A stretch of 63,799 nucleotides of DNA, filler included, from Chiloscyllium plagiosum (taxonomy: Eukaryota): assembly GCF_004010195.1 (NCBI RefSeq). It is 4 parts of one record of this genome, joined end to end, with 100 filler letters (N's around TTAATTAATTAA, not from the genome) between each part and the next. Parts side by side here need not be neighbours in the genome. Positions count along the whole stretch, not along the records: positions 1 to 28,879 come from NC_057715.1; 3 more parts are not named here. One strand, given 5' to 3'. How positions within the stretch are numbered: position 1 is the stretch's first letter; each line of letters starts with the position of its first letter. The position numbers and the translations under genes were made by a program. The notes beneath the pieces were generated by a model. That model ran no database searches. It worked only from the letters and a program-made list of their open reading frames with translations, and was not told the origin of the DNA. This document shows, one piece after another, positions 12,836 through 26,589 of this stretch.

Positions 12836-13880
12836 GGTGGGTTGGTGGTGAAGAGAAGTGAATACAGAATTCTGGTGATTACTTCACAGAACTTGATTGG
12901 GATTCAATTCTTGAAAGGATGCAGACAAACCTGATCAATGACCGGCCATTGGTATATGATAAGAAACAATTTTGGTAAAATTCAGTTCCCAACGTTCATG
13001 TCTAGATTATTTAGGAATAGCCTCCACTGCTTGAACCACCCATGCATTGAAGCAATGGATAGCCATTCCAAGGCCAGTTTGAAAATTTCATAAGTTAGTC
13101 AGCACCAGGTTACAGACCAACAGGTTTATTTAAAATCACAAGCTTTCAGAGCACTACTCCTTCGTCAAGTGAAAGCAATGAATAATTCAGCTTTGCTGTC
13201 AAACCACTGTTTGACCTAATCTCACTAGTTTTCTGATGGTGCACATGAAGTTAACATGATCTGTAAAACATACAACAGAAATGTGACAGTAAAAAATCAT
13301 TGTGATAATAAATTTGTACGATGTAAGCTTTTTTAAATAAGATACAGATAGCTATAGTACTAAGCTCAAAAATTACATTTTTCATTAAATGTAGTTGAGT
13401 TCTTGACACAGTGGATTTGTTTCCATTGTAAGATCTGTGCTATTGTCAAGAAGCAATACATTTTTTTTCTCTTCAAACTAAGCAACCAACTGAAACTTGT
13501 CAAAAGACTGAACATCTTTCATTCATTGTGCAGTACTCACTATGCTATGACTATATGGAATGGTAGGATTATGGTGACTTATTACTAAATGCTGCATGCT
13601 TTGCCAAATTAACATTAAACATAATATTCTTGAAATTGAGGCAATTACTTAGAGATCTATAGTTACAGATTGACCTAACTTACCTCGAAGCTATGCATAG
13701 ACAAAAAGTACCCTCGAAATAAAAACAGCAATTTTAAGGACTGCAGTTGTTGTTTTAGTAATTATTATGAGAAGCAAATGCAAATTTGACAGATCTTTGT
13801 AAATTAAGGGTTTTTTTTATGATGGACTGACATGATTAATTAAGTATTCACATCTTTATTTGCTTTATGGGTTGTTTTAA

Positions 13881-14016
13881 TTAAACATATGCATTCTTGT
13901 CAAATTGCTTTGGTGGGATCCATGTGTTCCGAGCTGATCTCATGTCTTCTACAACATTCTGTGCCATAGTTCGAGAGGAAAAAAGAGATGCCGTGGTATT
14001 GTACCCGTTGCCCCTT
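13881..14016 (-). CDS. CLDN10: Claudin-10, last coding exon
   Basis: Acceptor ctttctttcag; 136 nt = 1 nt + 45 codons: RGNGYNTTASLFSSRTMAQNVVEDMRSARNTWIPPKQFDKNAYV*. KQFDKNAYV is the claudin-10 C-terminus with PDZ-binding YV; phase joins the exon at 19852-19959. Confidence 0.95.
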
Positions 14017-14984
14017 CTGAAAGAAAGATTCATAGATTCAGAGATTCAGAGATCAATTGGTTTTATATTAAATCTAGAATTAAATGTACCACTAAAAATC
14101 CTATTTAAAATATTGTGTTTAGCCCATGTTCTTACATGTAAAATGCTTACACCTTATCAAAACTCCTGGTTACCTCCAGGAGTATCAACTCAATATCATT
14201 CAAATTTGTCAAACATGACCTTCCCTTAATAAATCCATACTGGATCACAGATTAATCCACTTCTCTCCAAGTTCAATCCCTCAGAATTCTTTCTAACAAG
14301 TTTCTTACCACAGAGATTAGATCAGAGTCATGATGACAATTTATGAGTAAATTACATCTTCTCATTCTTTAACAAAAATCAGGTAGTACTTTTTCTGAAG
14401 TTATTGCACCATAAGTGACAAATCAGTCATTTTTAATGTGTAAGTGTTTCTGGACTTTATTTCCTCCTGTTTCCTCTAACCCTACAAAGGCTACAATGCT
14501 AGACATCACTTCTGTGTTTCACCCAACTGGGCATTGACCATGTGGAAATTCAAGTTATCTTTGGCAGGTTCATTTCCAAGGTGGTATCACATGCTAAGCA
14601 ATTCCTAATTTTATATATCTGCGCAGTAATGTTAGGAATACTTGAATGGTGCTAAGGAGAATGGTGTTAAAACTCAGGCTAATGATGTTTTATTTATCCT
14701 CAACACAAAAATCATCATTACAGTTACAGCAACTCACTCAGATACAATAAAGTTCAGACTTGGGAATTTTCTAGGTCCAAGTTCTGTGTCACACCCACAT
14801 GAAATTAATCATTGGAAAGCCTGCTTCTGAACCCTTATAGAAAGTGCATTACTGTCCAGTGCAATTTTACATGCCTTTCAGGTAATCTTTGTGACAGCTA
14901 GCCCAATCTACTTGTGTAAAGGACCAATGTTTAAGTTATATTTTCATGGGATCAGGGTGATACCCTGATGGTGCTGACATGGGA

Positions 14985-15810
14985 TCAGGTGGGCCAGTGG
15001 GCTGAGGAGTGGCAGATGGAGTTTAATTTAGATAAATGCGAGGTGCTACATTTTATACAGTTACACACTTAATGGTAAGGTCCTAGGGAGTATTGCTGAG
15101 CAAAAAGACCTTGGAGTGCAGGTTCATAGCTTCTTGAAAGTGGAGTCGCAGGTAGATAGGATAGTGAAGATGGCATTTGGTATGCTTTGCTTTATTGGTC
15201 AGAGTATTGAGTACACGAGTTGGGAGGTCATGTTGAGGCGGTACAGGACATTGGTTAGGCCACTGTTGGAATATTGCATGTAATTCTGGTCTCCTTCCTA
15301 TCGGAAAGATGTTGTGAAACTTGAAAGGGTTCAGAAATGATTTACAAGGATGTTGCCAGGGTTGGAGGATTTGAGCTAAAGGGAGAGGTTGAATAGGCTA
15401 GGGCTGTTTTCCCTGGAGCGTCGGAGGCTGAGGGGTGACCTTATAGAGCTTTACAAAAATACGAGGGGCATGGATAAGATAAACAGACAAAGTCTTTTCC
15501 ATGGAGTAGGGGAGTCCACAACTAGAGGGCATAAGTTTAGAGTGAGAGGGGAAAGATATAAAAGAGACCTAAGAGGCAACTTTTTCATGCAGAGGCTGGT
15601 ACGAGTATGGAATGAGCTGCCAGAGGAAGTGGTGGAGGCTGGTACAATTGCAACATTTAAAAGGCATTTGGATGGTTATATGAATAGGAAGGGTTTGGAG
15701 GGATATGGGCCAGGTGCTGGCAAGTGGGACTAGATTGGATTGGGATATCTGGTCGGCATGGACGGGTTGGACCGAAGGGTCTGTTTCCATGCTGTACATC
15801 TCTATGACTC
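14985..15810 (+). mobile_element. CR1 LINE 3' part, relatively young
   Basis: WAEEWQMEFNLDKCEVLHF through RLGLFSLERRRLRGDLIE...FKRHLDGYMNRKGLEGYGPGAGKWD*, then 3' UTR. Confidence 0.92.
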
Positions 15811-16174
15811 ACAAGAGGAAACATCCTTCCATGTTCACCTTATCAAGACCATTCAGGATCTTATATACTTCAGTCAAATCACCCCAACTCTTCTTAACTT
15901 CAGTGGATACAAACCCAGTGTGTCCAAACCTTCCTTGTAAGACAACCCACTCATTCCAAGTGTTAATCTAGTAAACCACTGAATTGCCTCCAATTCATTT
16001 ACATCCTTCCTTAAATAAGGAGACCAAAACTGCACACAGTATTTAAGATGCAATCTGACCAATGCCTGAGGCATAACATCCTTACTTTTGTGTTAAATTC
16101 CTCTCTTAATAAAGGAAAGCATTCCTTTAGTATTCCTGATTATGTACTGAATCTGCACGCTACTATTTTGTGTC

Positions 16175-17790
16175 AGAATTCAGACGACACTAGTTTATAG
16201 TCAACAGGTTTATTTGAAATCACAAGCTTTCTCAGTGTTGCCCCTTCATCGGGTGAGATGAGACAGAAGCACACAGGTACAGCATTTATTGGCATACAGA
16301 TCAATGAGCAGAGAAATCAAAAGATCATGCAAATGGTGTGAGAGGAGTTTGACAGGCCAAATAATAGGTCACTTTAGGTGATCAGGAGTGTCAGATGGTG
16401 TGAGTAAAGTATTGACTGCTGAATAATGAGCAAAGGGATAACCTATAATCCGATTAAATGAGGCAGAGAGATAAAAAATGAAAAATAAGATGGTGCTGCA
16501 CAGGACCTCTGACCAACACACAACACCAGAAACATCAACAACATTTTCTTCCTTTGGACTCATGGCGAAGAATCACTGAAATGGCTAAATAGTGATATCA
16601 TTAAGTTTCATAACCACTATCAGATTTACCATGGGCTACTCTTCAGAATTAATTTCATTCTTGAATGCATGCATCTCCATCAAGGGCAGGCACCTCAGTA
16701 CATCACTCTACTGCAAGTTCACAAATAACCTCACAACGCTGCATTTTCTAGCTTCTACCCTAAACATGCTGAAGAAGCCATCCCAGTCAGGGAACACTTC
16801 AGCAGTCAAAGACATTCAACCTCCGATTTTCAGGTAAGTGTCCTCCAAAGTGACCTTCAAGATACACAACAATGCAGGATCGCTGAGATAGCCAAGTTCC
16901 ATCCCATGAAGATGACCTCTGCATACACAGGATCTGGTCACATGAGGAGGTGCGTGACAGATACCTAAAGATTTTGAAAGCTGTCCTCATAAGTACAGGA
17001 TACAATGCTGAACTCATTGATCACCTGTTTCGATGTGAAAAACCACAAACAACCTCCTCAGAACGGCACTGTAACTCAGTGGTTAGCACTGCTGACTCAC
17101 AGCACCAGGGACTTGAGTTCGGTTCCAACTTTGGGCGACTATCTGTGTAGAGTTAACACATTCTCCCCATAGCGTGGGTTTCCTCCCACTATCCAAAAAT
17201 GTGTAGGTTAGGTGAACTGGCCATGCTAAATTGCCCACAGTGTTCAGGGATGTGTAGGTTAGGTGCATTAGTCAGGGGTAAATGTAGAGTAATAGGGTAG
17301 GAAATGGGTTTGAGTGGGTTACATTTCGGAAGGTCGGTGTGGACTTGTTGGGCCGAAAGCCTGTTAACACAGGATTCTATATCTAAGACAGACACAGGAT
17401 TCAACCAGTAGAGTATCCTTCATTGTCCAGTACTTCCTCAGAGTAGAGAGACTAACTCAAGTTCTTCACAGCCTTCAATATGTCATAGATGACAATGAAC
17501 ATCTTGCCAAGATTACCCCACACCTCCACTTCTCACCTTGGAACAACCACCAAACTTTATACAGACCATTGTGCGCAGCAAACTACCCAGCCTTCAGGAT
17601 AACATCAACCACAACACCACAGAACCCTGCCATAGCAACCCCTGCAAGACGTGACATCACGTATGGGAGCACCACTCACTATGTACATGGCAGATACTTT
17701 TGTGACTTGGCCAATGTTGTCTACCTCATAAGCTGCAGGCAAGGATGCCCCAATGCATGGCATATTGGTGAGACCATGCAGACGTTACGA
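16175..17790 (+). mobile_element. Penelope-like element: inverted terminal arm (~16175-16500) plus RT/GIY-YIG remnants, with a nested V-SINE (~17065-17375)
   Basis: IRFTMGYS..ISFL...ISIK..HLSTSLYCK (PLE RT C-terminus) and NVVYLISCRQGCP.AW.IGETMQTLR (GIY-YIG); the upstream arm is the reverse complement of the PLE 3' tail. Confidence 0.75.
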
Positions 17791-19851
17791 TAGGGGAGAC
17801 GCAATGGACTGAATGGTCTAATTTCTGCTCCTATGTCTTATGGTTTCTTCTGGTCTTATGGACTCCACTCATCACGTTCTTCCAATCAGACAAATCCACA
17901 TTTATATATATTCTCTGTTTTCTGTCAGCCTGTCATGGACCTTCAATTCATCATCATAAAGTTTGATGTGAAACCTTATCAAATGTCTTCTGGAAATCAA
18001 AGGATTACACCTCTAAAGCTGCCTTTTATCTGCAGGGACTGCAATGGTTCAAGAAGGCAGCTGACCACCACCTCTTTAGGCAACTATGGATGGGCAATAC
18101 AGTAAATACTGAGACAGAGAGATGCCCACATCATGCCAATTAATTTTTTAAAATCTGCATAGCAAGTTACTCCTTCAAAAAAAAGGAATAAGTTGGTTAA
18201 AAATGATTTATCTTTGACAAAACCATACCAACTCTTATCAATTACCTAAATATTTCCTACGTGGCCAGCTATAATCTCTGAGTAAGCACCTGCCCCTGAA
18301 CAGATGTCAAGCAACTGCTCAAGTTTCTGATTTTATGTCTCCTTCCCTTCTTGAGCAGAGGTATTATATTTGCTACTTTGACTGATTGAATCTTTTCTGA
18401 AATCTAGGGAATTTTAAAAAGTTGATACCAAAACATCTATTATCCCATCAGCATCCTCTTTTGACACCCTGATGTGGCTTGCTTGCACCTGTGAAGCACG
18501 TTTCAATACATTAGTAATGCTTGATAAATCCAAAATTTTATTGAGCCAATAGAATAAATGACAGCAGAAAGTAAGGCTTATATATACCATTGACATATGG
18601 GAATAAATTTCAACTTTGGTGTTGAGAATGGGCAGCCGTGGATCAGACACCAGTTATACACTATACCACATTGTACTTAACGCCATCAGTGTCACTGTAT
18701 GGAACTATTCCTAATGTACTCGATGAATTCATTATCATAGCTACCCTTTTCAACCTGATTGACTCAATTATCTATTCTTTTTACATGCTGCCACTTTTTG
18801 CTGATGTACCTCCTCTTCTAGAGTGTGGCTACTATTTCAGGCTCTACGTACTACTCATATTTTCCCTCTCTCATTTCATCTCTTATTAAGAGTGCTACCC
18901 CAACATCTTTTCTTCCCTTCTGTCTTTCTAAAGGTCAAATATTTCTGAATATTAAATTCGCAGTTCTGATCTCCTTGTAACCATGTCTCTGTAATGGCTA
19001 TGAGATCATATTGATTTACCTCTATTTGCGCTGTCAATTTCATCCACCTTATTATGAATGCTTTGAGCATTAAGGTATAAAACCTTTGGGCTGGCCTGTT
19101 TTCCATTTTTAATCCTCTTAACTTTTTCTTGAACTGTGGCCCTTCTTGCCTTGATTACCCAGTCTACTGTTCTTGAATTCTACTTTCTTTCTTTTATTAC
19201 TGTCCTTGTTTCTCTTTCCCTGTCACCCTGCTTAGATTCCCCCCAACCACAATGGCAAATACTTGCCCTAGATGAGAAAATACTTCTTCACTCAATGGGT
19301 GGTGAATCTATGGAATCCTCTCGCACATAGACTATCGAAACCAAGTCACTGAATATATTTAAGAGTGAGGTAGTTTTTTTTGGTTTTGAAGGCATCAAGG
19401 AATATGGGGAGAAAGTGGGAATACAGCATTAACATAAAAATCATCCATGATCATATTAAATAGCAAAGCAAGATTGAATGACCTTCTCTTGCCCCTATTT
19501 CCTATTTCTTCACATTTCTATGAATTCAATAGAAGGGAATATCAAGCTGAATGTATAATGGCTGACTGATCTCCTAACAATAATATATTTCAAATGAACT
19601 TGGAATTTTATCACAAGGTGATTAATTAGAACTAGACATGTTTATTTCAATTAAGGCAAAATTTGAATTTCGTCTACCTTTGGTAACAATACAGTAAAGT
19701 TTGCGAAGTTGTGCAACAGCTTTAAAATATGATAATGGGGCAGGTCTTTCATGATAAGTGCCCAAGTTGCTTTATAAAGTTATCATGACATAAGATTCTA
19801 AACACACTTCTTCAAACCACATTGTACCTGAGTAAGACTATTTAATCTTAC

Positions 19852-19959
19852 CTTGGAGAATCTTTACCATTTGATAAGGAAAAACAAAATATTGCACCTC
19901 CCAATATGGAAAGCGAAGATCCAGCCCATCCAATAAACAAAGCCGCTCCTAATTCATAT
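19852..19959 (-). CDS. CLDN10: Claudin-10, penultimate coding exon (TM4)
   Basis: cag|...|gtaaga boundaries, 108 nt, YELGAALFIGWAGSSLSILGGAIFCFSLSNGKDSP(R), matching the claudin-10 TM4 exon. Confidence 0.95.
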
Positions 19960-20109
19960 CTGTGGACATAAGATAAATATTTGAATTGTTTCTACTTGAT
20001 GGATTGACCAAGTGTTAAAAATCAAATCATTTGAGCAGATTAGGTTAACTAGGTAACTAGGTAAAGTTATGAGCTAACACTCCAAGTATTCTGTGAGAAC
20101 AGAATTAAT

Positions 20110-20450
20110 GCTGACATTCCAGTGCAGGAGTGAAGGAATGCAGTAGTCAGGGAGTGCAGTAATGTTGGAAGTTCTGACTTTTGGATGAGACGGACCTGCT
20201 CTCGCATATTGATACAGTATTTTTCAGAAGAATAGAGAAGTTATTCCTGACATCCAGGCCAATGTTAAAATAAAATCAAATGGTGATTATCAAATTGCTT
20301 TTGTGCTAGATTACAACCCACAAGCTGAATGCTAAGTTCCATACAATACAGTAATCACTGTCCTTCAAAAAGTAATTAATTGGATGTAAAGTTCTTTGGG
20401 ATGTCCAGCAATTGTGAAAGAAGAGATGTAAATACAAATCATTCTTTTAG
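20110..20450 (+). mobile_element. Old DeuSINE (SacSINE1/AmnSINE-like) remnant
   Basis: GCTGACATTCCAGTGCAG..GGGAGTGC..TTTTGGATGAGACG..GAAGAA.AG..CCTGA..TCCAGGCCAAT..CTTCAAAAAGTA.TT.ATTGG.TGTAAAG..CTTTGGGATGTCC..GTGAAAG..AAAT.CAA; collinear with the recalled Deu-domain SINE consensus. Confidence 0.7.
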
Positions 20451-20857
20451 CTTATAAAAGATAACATGTAGACATTAGAATATAATGGAAATGGAACTTA
20501 AAACCATATAAAGGTTGCAATGGTGAAAGGTACTGTTGCTTAAAATTACTACAACTGTTAAGTCTCTAATATTTTAATAGTCACAGATTTTCTATCCAGC
20601 ATTCAAAATCCATGTGAAATTAATAATTTGGTATTATTTGCATTGGAGTAAAGATATAATTGAGCAATGGTCCAGTTGTTTAAAATATGAAACAGGATGG
20701 ATGCATGTTATTTGATTGGACTGCAAATGCATAGCCAGAGGACAGAAATATTAAATTCACATTCCATCTTACAGAGACTCAGAACCAATTCATTAGGACT
20801 TCCTCCTATCTACCATTGAAACATAAGTGCATTACTGGACATAAAGCCATTGTTCCA

Positions 20858-22691
20858 AGGAGAACAAAGTGGAGCAGGTGACCAGGATCTGGGAGTCAGG
20901 CTTACAGACTGAGTGAGGGTGTTCCACATTATGCTTCCACTCTGTGTTCGGTCTCTTCAGACTAGAGGACACCTAGTTGTCAGCAATGACAACATTACAT
21001 TGAAAGAAGTACATGTAAATCACTACTTCACCTGGGAACCCTTGGATGAAGGGGACAGTAGGGAAAGAATGAGTGTTAACTTACCATGCAAGTACAGGGG
21101 CTATACTTGTTCCAAGGACTGAAAACATTACCAGTGGAAATCTACTCTTCACAGTTTCCCACCTTATAGATCCCCAACCTGTACAGCCCACTTCTACCCT
21201 CTTCTGAAGATCCACTAATAGGACTGGCCTGGTAGACCCATCATTTTAGATTGATCCTGTCTTGCAATGAAGTTTTCTTTACTTTGTTGACTTCATTTAT
21301 TTTCCTTTTCTCCAGACCTTTCCCACCTGTGACTCTTCTGATGTACTCTGTCACTTGATAAGTTCATAATTTCCTGGTACTATCACCTCTTCACAAATAA
21401 AAACAGAAAGTGCTGGAGAAACTCAGCAGGACTGGCAGTATCTGTAGAGAGAAAAAAACTGAATTAATTGAAACAATTCAGTATCTCCCAAGAGGAGACA
21501 CTTCTTGGGAACTTGTCTCCTCTTCACCTTTGATGTCTCTATCTTTACCTCCAGATCTTCTGACCCCTGCCTCACCAGACAGCCTGCGTTCTCTCCCTTC
21601 TTTCTTGAATGAATTCTTGAACAGGTTCCATCTACCATCACCCTCCTTGACTTTTCTGAATTCTTCTACTCACATTGTGCATCTACTCTCATCTTGTACT
21701 CTCATCTAGAAATCTCCAAAAAAGAGCTTTGCAGTCAGTGCCCACAAATATTCATGTTTCCTTTTTGTTGTCGGTGTCATGGAACATTTCTTGTTTAAAT
21801 CTTACTGGGCTCCCTTCCTTTTTCCAGTGCATTGGTGATCACATCATATCCTACAGTTGGCCTGAACCAGAAAACTTCATTACTTTTCTTTGACCTTCAC
21901 AGGTCCATCTCCGACTCTCCCTTTCCCACCCTCAACTTCTCTGTCTTCATTGCAATGATAAACAATCAGCAATATTTGTTATAGATCCACTGACTACAGC
22001 TACTGCAGCTGCATCTCCTTACACCCTGCTCTGTAAGGACTCCATTTCAGTTTCTCTACCTCAATTGCAACCTTGTTACATATTAGCACCTCCTGACATG
22101 TCTTCTTTCTCAGAACTGTGCATTTCTCTAATTATTGTTGACATTTCAGTGTCATTTCCCACACTTCTGTTCTCACCCATTTTTCACCATTGTTCTCACC
22201 ATCCCTATGAGAAAGTGAGGACTGCCGATGCTGGAGATCAGAGTAGAAAAGTGTGGTGCTGGAAAAACACAGCCAGTCAGACAGCATCTGAACGTAGGAG
22301 AGCTGATGTTTTGAGCATAAGGTTCTGAAGATTACCTTCCTTACCCTTTACATTATTCTGAAGGAACTCCCTCCTTCACAACATCCTGGTCCCTGCTACA
22401 ATCACCTTCAACACCATGTGCTCTCCAAATGATACAGCCCCTGTACTTGCATGGCAAGTTAACACTCATTCTTTCCCTACTGTCTCCTTCATCCAAGGGT
22501 TCAAATACTGCTCCCAGGTGAAGTAGTGATTTACATGTACTTCTTTCAATGTAATGTTGTCATTGCTGACAACTAGGTGTCCTCTAGTCTGAAGAGACCA
22601 AACAAAGAGTGAAAGCACAATGTGGAACACCCTCACTCAGTCTGTAAGCCTGACCCCCAGATCCTGGTCACCTGCTCCACTTTGTTCTCCT
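20858..22691. repeat. ~250-bp inverted repeat pair (20858-21105 / 22433-22691) in decayed PLE sequence
   Basis: The arms are reverse complements with few substitutions and one ~12-nt indel. Confidence 0.9.
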
Positions 22692-25378
22692 GCTGATATC
22701 TCTGACTCCAGCTTATTGCAGTGCACGTATAGGTATTATTATTGCAGTACTCCAGCAGAAAACAAACCTGAGGATTAATACCTCACCCTTCATATTATGC
22801 ACTTTATAGCTTTCTGGGTTCAGAAATAGCTCAATGTTACAATCTTTTAACAAGAGACAAGGAACAGCAGATGTGGAAATCTAAAACAAAAACAGAAATT
22901 GCTCGAGAAACTCAGCATGTCTGGAAGCATTTGTGGTGAGAAAGCAGAGTCAATGTTTCAGTTAAGTGACCCTTCTTTGGGAATGATTGTTTCTAGGAAA
23001 TTGTAGCATTATGTTGAAGATGGGGATTTGGTCGGGAGAGGGAGGTGGTAAAAGAGTAGACAATAGTTGGAGATGGAGCCCTGGGTGGGAAAAAGACATA
23101 GACGGAGGTGTTCAGGCACTGAAATGATTGAACTCAATGCTGAATCCTGAAGTTTGCAGAATTCCCACATGGGCTGCTTTCACCACTCCCACTCCCCTTG
23201 ATATCATCTACCAACTCTCTAACATGACACAATTCTCATTCCTCATGTCATCTGCCAATCACATGTCTGTCACTGTTGTAAGACTCAGAACTATATCCCT
23301 CAGCTTGCTAATTCAACTCCACATCAGCCATATTACCAAACAGATTGCACCCATTCACTGACTGTCATGCAGTTCAAGGTCACATAGTTACTACCTGATA
23401 CAGCTGAATATGCTTACTGCAATGGAGAAGGCATCACTAAAATGGCTGGTTCTGAGACCATGGCCAGCAGCGATGTTAAAATCAATGAAGACAATTTCTT
23501 CCTTATACCTACTTTTCATCCTTATACTCTTCCTTCCCATGTCTCACCTCCCCTTCGTCCTATAATTGCTTCCAACTGGAAAGTGCAAACTCTCTCATCA
23601 AGCTTTACACCACCTCTCTCACACAATGTTACTTGTGTACCTTCCTCCTTTCAGATATTCACATGCTTTAGGAACCTGATGAAGGGCTTATGTCTAAAAC
23701 GTCGATTCTCCTGCTTCTCGGATGCTGCCTGACCTGCTGTGCTTTTCCAGCAATGATGGAGCACTGCCTCTTAACCTTACACAAACAGTGAATGGCTAAG
23801 ATACTGGGCATAATCTTGTGCCTTCCCATGCACTGAGTTTGGTGGTGGGACATGTTTTATCAGACGGTGTTGCAGGGGAAGGGTGGATGGGGAAGGAGTA
23901 GGGGGTGGAAGAGGGGGGAGACCTTTCCAAATTCCCATCTCTGCCCTGGTTCTGTCTGTGACAAGGAGGCTCAGGACAGCCTTCATACACCAAGAGAGGC
24001 CCTTAAATCACAAATCAGTACCTGCTTAAATGTCTCATTCAACTGTCACTTGTATCAAACTAGCGGTGGGCACAGAACTTGGCATATGGAAACCATGACA
24101 AGCAAACTCTGGTATGTTTCACTGTGAACCCTTGGGGTTGAGTCCCTCATTCAAAGGCAAGCAGTATCTAATCAATAGACCCAGCACTGGAAGTGGACGA
24201 GGCCACTGAAAGCCAGCCCCTGCTCTTTACAGGAGTCACCCCTCACCACTCTTCCCCATGTCATTAGCAAATAGTTACCGAGTTCCTCCTTGATCGGATG
24301 ATTCAAATAGATTGTTATCTACAATATCCATTGCTTCTACAGCGATGCTGCTGAGTACAGAGGAACTAACAGGCTTTGATTTACTGGCAGCTCTCAATAG
24401 GTGTGACCTCTGCCTTTGGGATCCATTATCCCAAGGGAAGGCTCACCACTGCCTTATTAATTATCTGAGTGGACAAGAATACAGTTGGTCTATGATAAAA
24501 TCAGTTTTTATTTTGTGTTTGAAACTGGTAGCTGAGTAGAGTTAACTTACTGGAGATTGCAACATTTAAGGCACAAGATGTTCTAATGCTGGTCACATTT
24601 GATCCAGCCTGCATATAAGGGCAGAAGGTGTGAGATTTTCCGTAAGTTAATCAAATCAGTTCAAAAGTCAGTGAACAGCAGTTCAGGAATTTGCCAGCTT
24701 TAGTCAGAGTTGGTCAACAGCAGGAGAGGCAGCTTCATGGAGCTAAGTGCAGAGGCTCTGGGAACCTATGGGGACCTGTTTAGTAGCTCTGTGCTGCTGT
24801 GTCATTAAGGGTTTGTGCTGCTGTGCTTTAGGGCTTCAGGAAGGCTTAGGTCAGTAATCAGCTCAGTTACATAATTAGTGAGAGAAAGATAGAAAGGATG
24901 GATCATGGTTAATAGTAGTGGTGAAAGAAGCCCTGAAGTAGTATTTGCTTGTTGTGGCTGAGACAAAATTGAGCTCAGAGAAATCCAGGGACATGGTTGA
25001 CTTAGTCAAAATTCTGCCTGTAATAGACACTCACAAGTATCCTCAAAAGTCCTGGAGAACATGCTCTCAGAAGAAGAAATTGAACTACCAGAACATGGGA
25101 AATGATTAAAGCAGTCTGAGTTGGAATTACTTTGAGCAGATTCAAGGCTAGATCTTCAAAGGTGAAACTTTTATATTCCTTGTGAAAGAGGCAAAGTTTT
25201 AATAAGATTTAGTGTACAACAAAGTCATTAACAATTGGGTGGTTTGATGAAAAATCCATGGGAATTGTCTTTACAACATCTGGTATGCGATTTACTCTGT
25301 AGTGTTTTGACCACAATTTGTCTGTCAATCTTTAATGATCTAATAATTCTGGATGTTAAAATAAAAATTGTATAGATA

Positions 25379-25718
25379 CAGTAGCGCCTCGACTTACGAA
25401 CTTAATCCATTCCGGGACCCGTTTCGCGAACCGAAAAGTTCGCGAACTAAATCAATTTTTCCCATTGTTCGGATAGCGTAAGAATGCTTGGACGTAGCAA
25501 CGAATGCTATTCACATCGCACGCGCCAAAGACGAATGAGAGCTTTTGCGTTCAACAAGCATGTAGCAAAGCAGAACAATGAAACCACGTGGTCGCACACG
25601 GGCTTTTTATGTTCGTACCTTGAATTTCGTATGTACGTTGAAGCAAAATTTTATGTACAATCCTGTTCGTAAACCGATTTGCTCGTGAACGGGGTCGTTT
25701 ATATGTTGAGGCATTGCA
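25379..25718. mobile_element. Tc1/mariner (pogo/Tigger-like) MITE
   Basis: TA|CAGTAGCGCCTCGACTTACGAAC left end and a decayed complementary right end GTTTATATGTTGAGGCATTG; internal TTCGT/ACGAA repeats; CpG rich. Confidence 0.65.
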
Positions 25719-26589
25719 AGTTGTTTTACTATTTTAAATTTGTTTAGTGAGGTTTATTTTGTTTGTTCAAAATTGCGAAATCTTGCGGCTTTATTCTCTT
25801 TGTAAGTATTTGGGATCTCAAACCTTGTCATTTTAAATAAAAAAGGGACTGGTCTCTTATCTGGGCTGTATTATTATTTGTAGTCTTGTCTGGGGTTTCA
25901 ACAGGTCTTTCATGAAAAAAGGCAACATTAGGGTCATGCCAGTTCTCCTTCTGATAGTGGTGATTCCTGTTTCCTCCACCCTATGCGTGTTTTAAAGGAC
26001 AGATAAAAGGGTGCATTGGTGAGATCCTGGAGCCACCAGGGGAAATGGCGGGGCAGGATCCAGCTTGCCAAAGGGCAAGGTCACAAACAAGCTCTGACCA
26101 AGGATTAGCCTGGTGAACTTTCACTCCATTCCCTTTATGGTAAGTATATTTTTTTTAGCTAAGGAGATAGAAACTACACACAATCCTGCAGGAGTGGTGT
26201 CACCAAGGCCCTGTTCAGCTGCAGTGAGCCTTCCCTCGCTCCTGTCCCCAAATCCTCTTGCAATGAAGACTATTTGTCTTCCTAACTGCTTGCAGCACTG
26301 GCATCTAGCTTTCAGTAACTGTACTACAATGACAACAGATCCCTTTGTACATCAACCTTTCACAATCTATCATTATTTAAATAATATGCTGTCATTCTTA
26401 TTTACTTACCGAAGTGGACAACTTCACATTTATCCAAGTTATTATGCATGTGCCATGCACTTGCCCATTCACCCAACTTGTTTTAATCATTTGAAGCCTC
26501 TTTACATCCTCCTCACCACTCACATTCTCAACTAGACATAGGAAGGGAAAAGATTGAGATTCTGAAGGGAGATTACAGAGACTTAGGCA

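Noticed and set aside
24545..25902. Old solo LTR surrounding the MITE
   Set aside because: Composition and a ...CAACA end are suggestive, but no clear 5' terminus or TSD was found.
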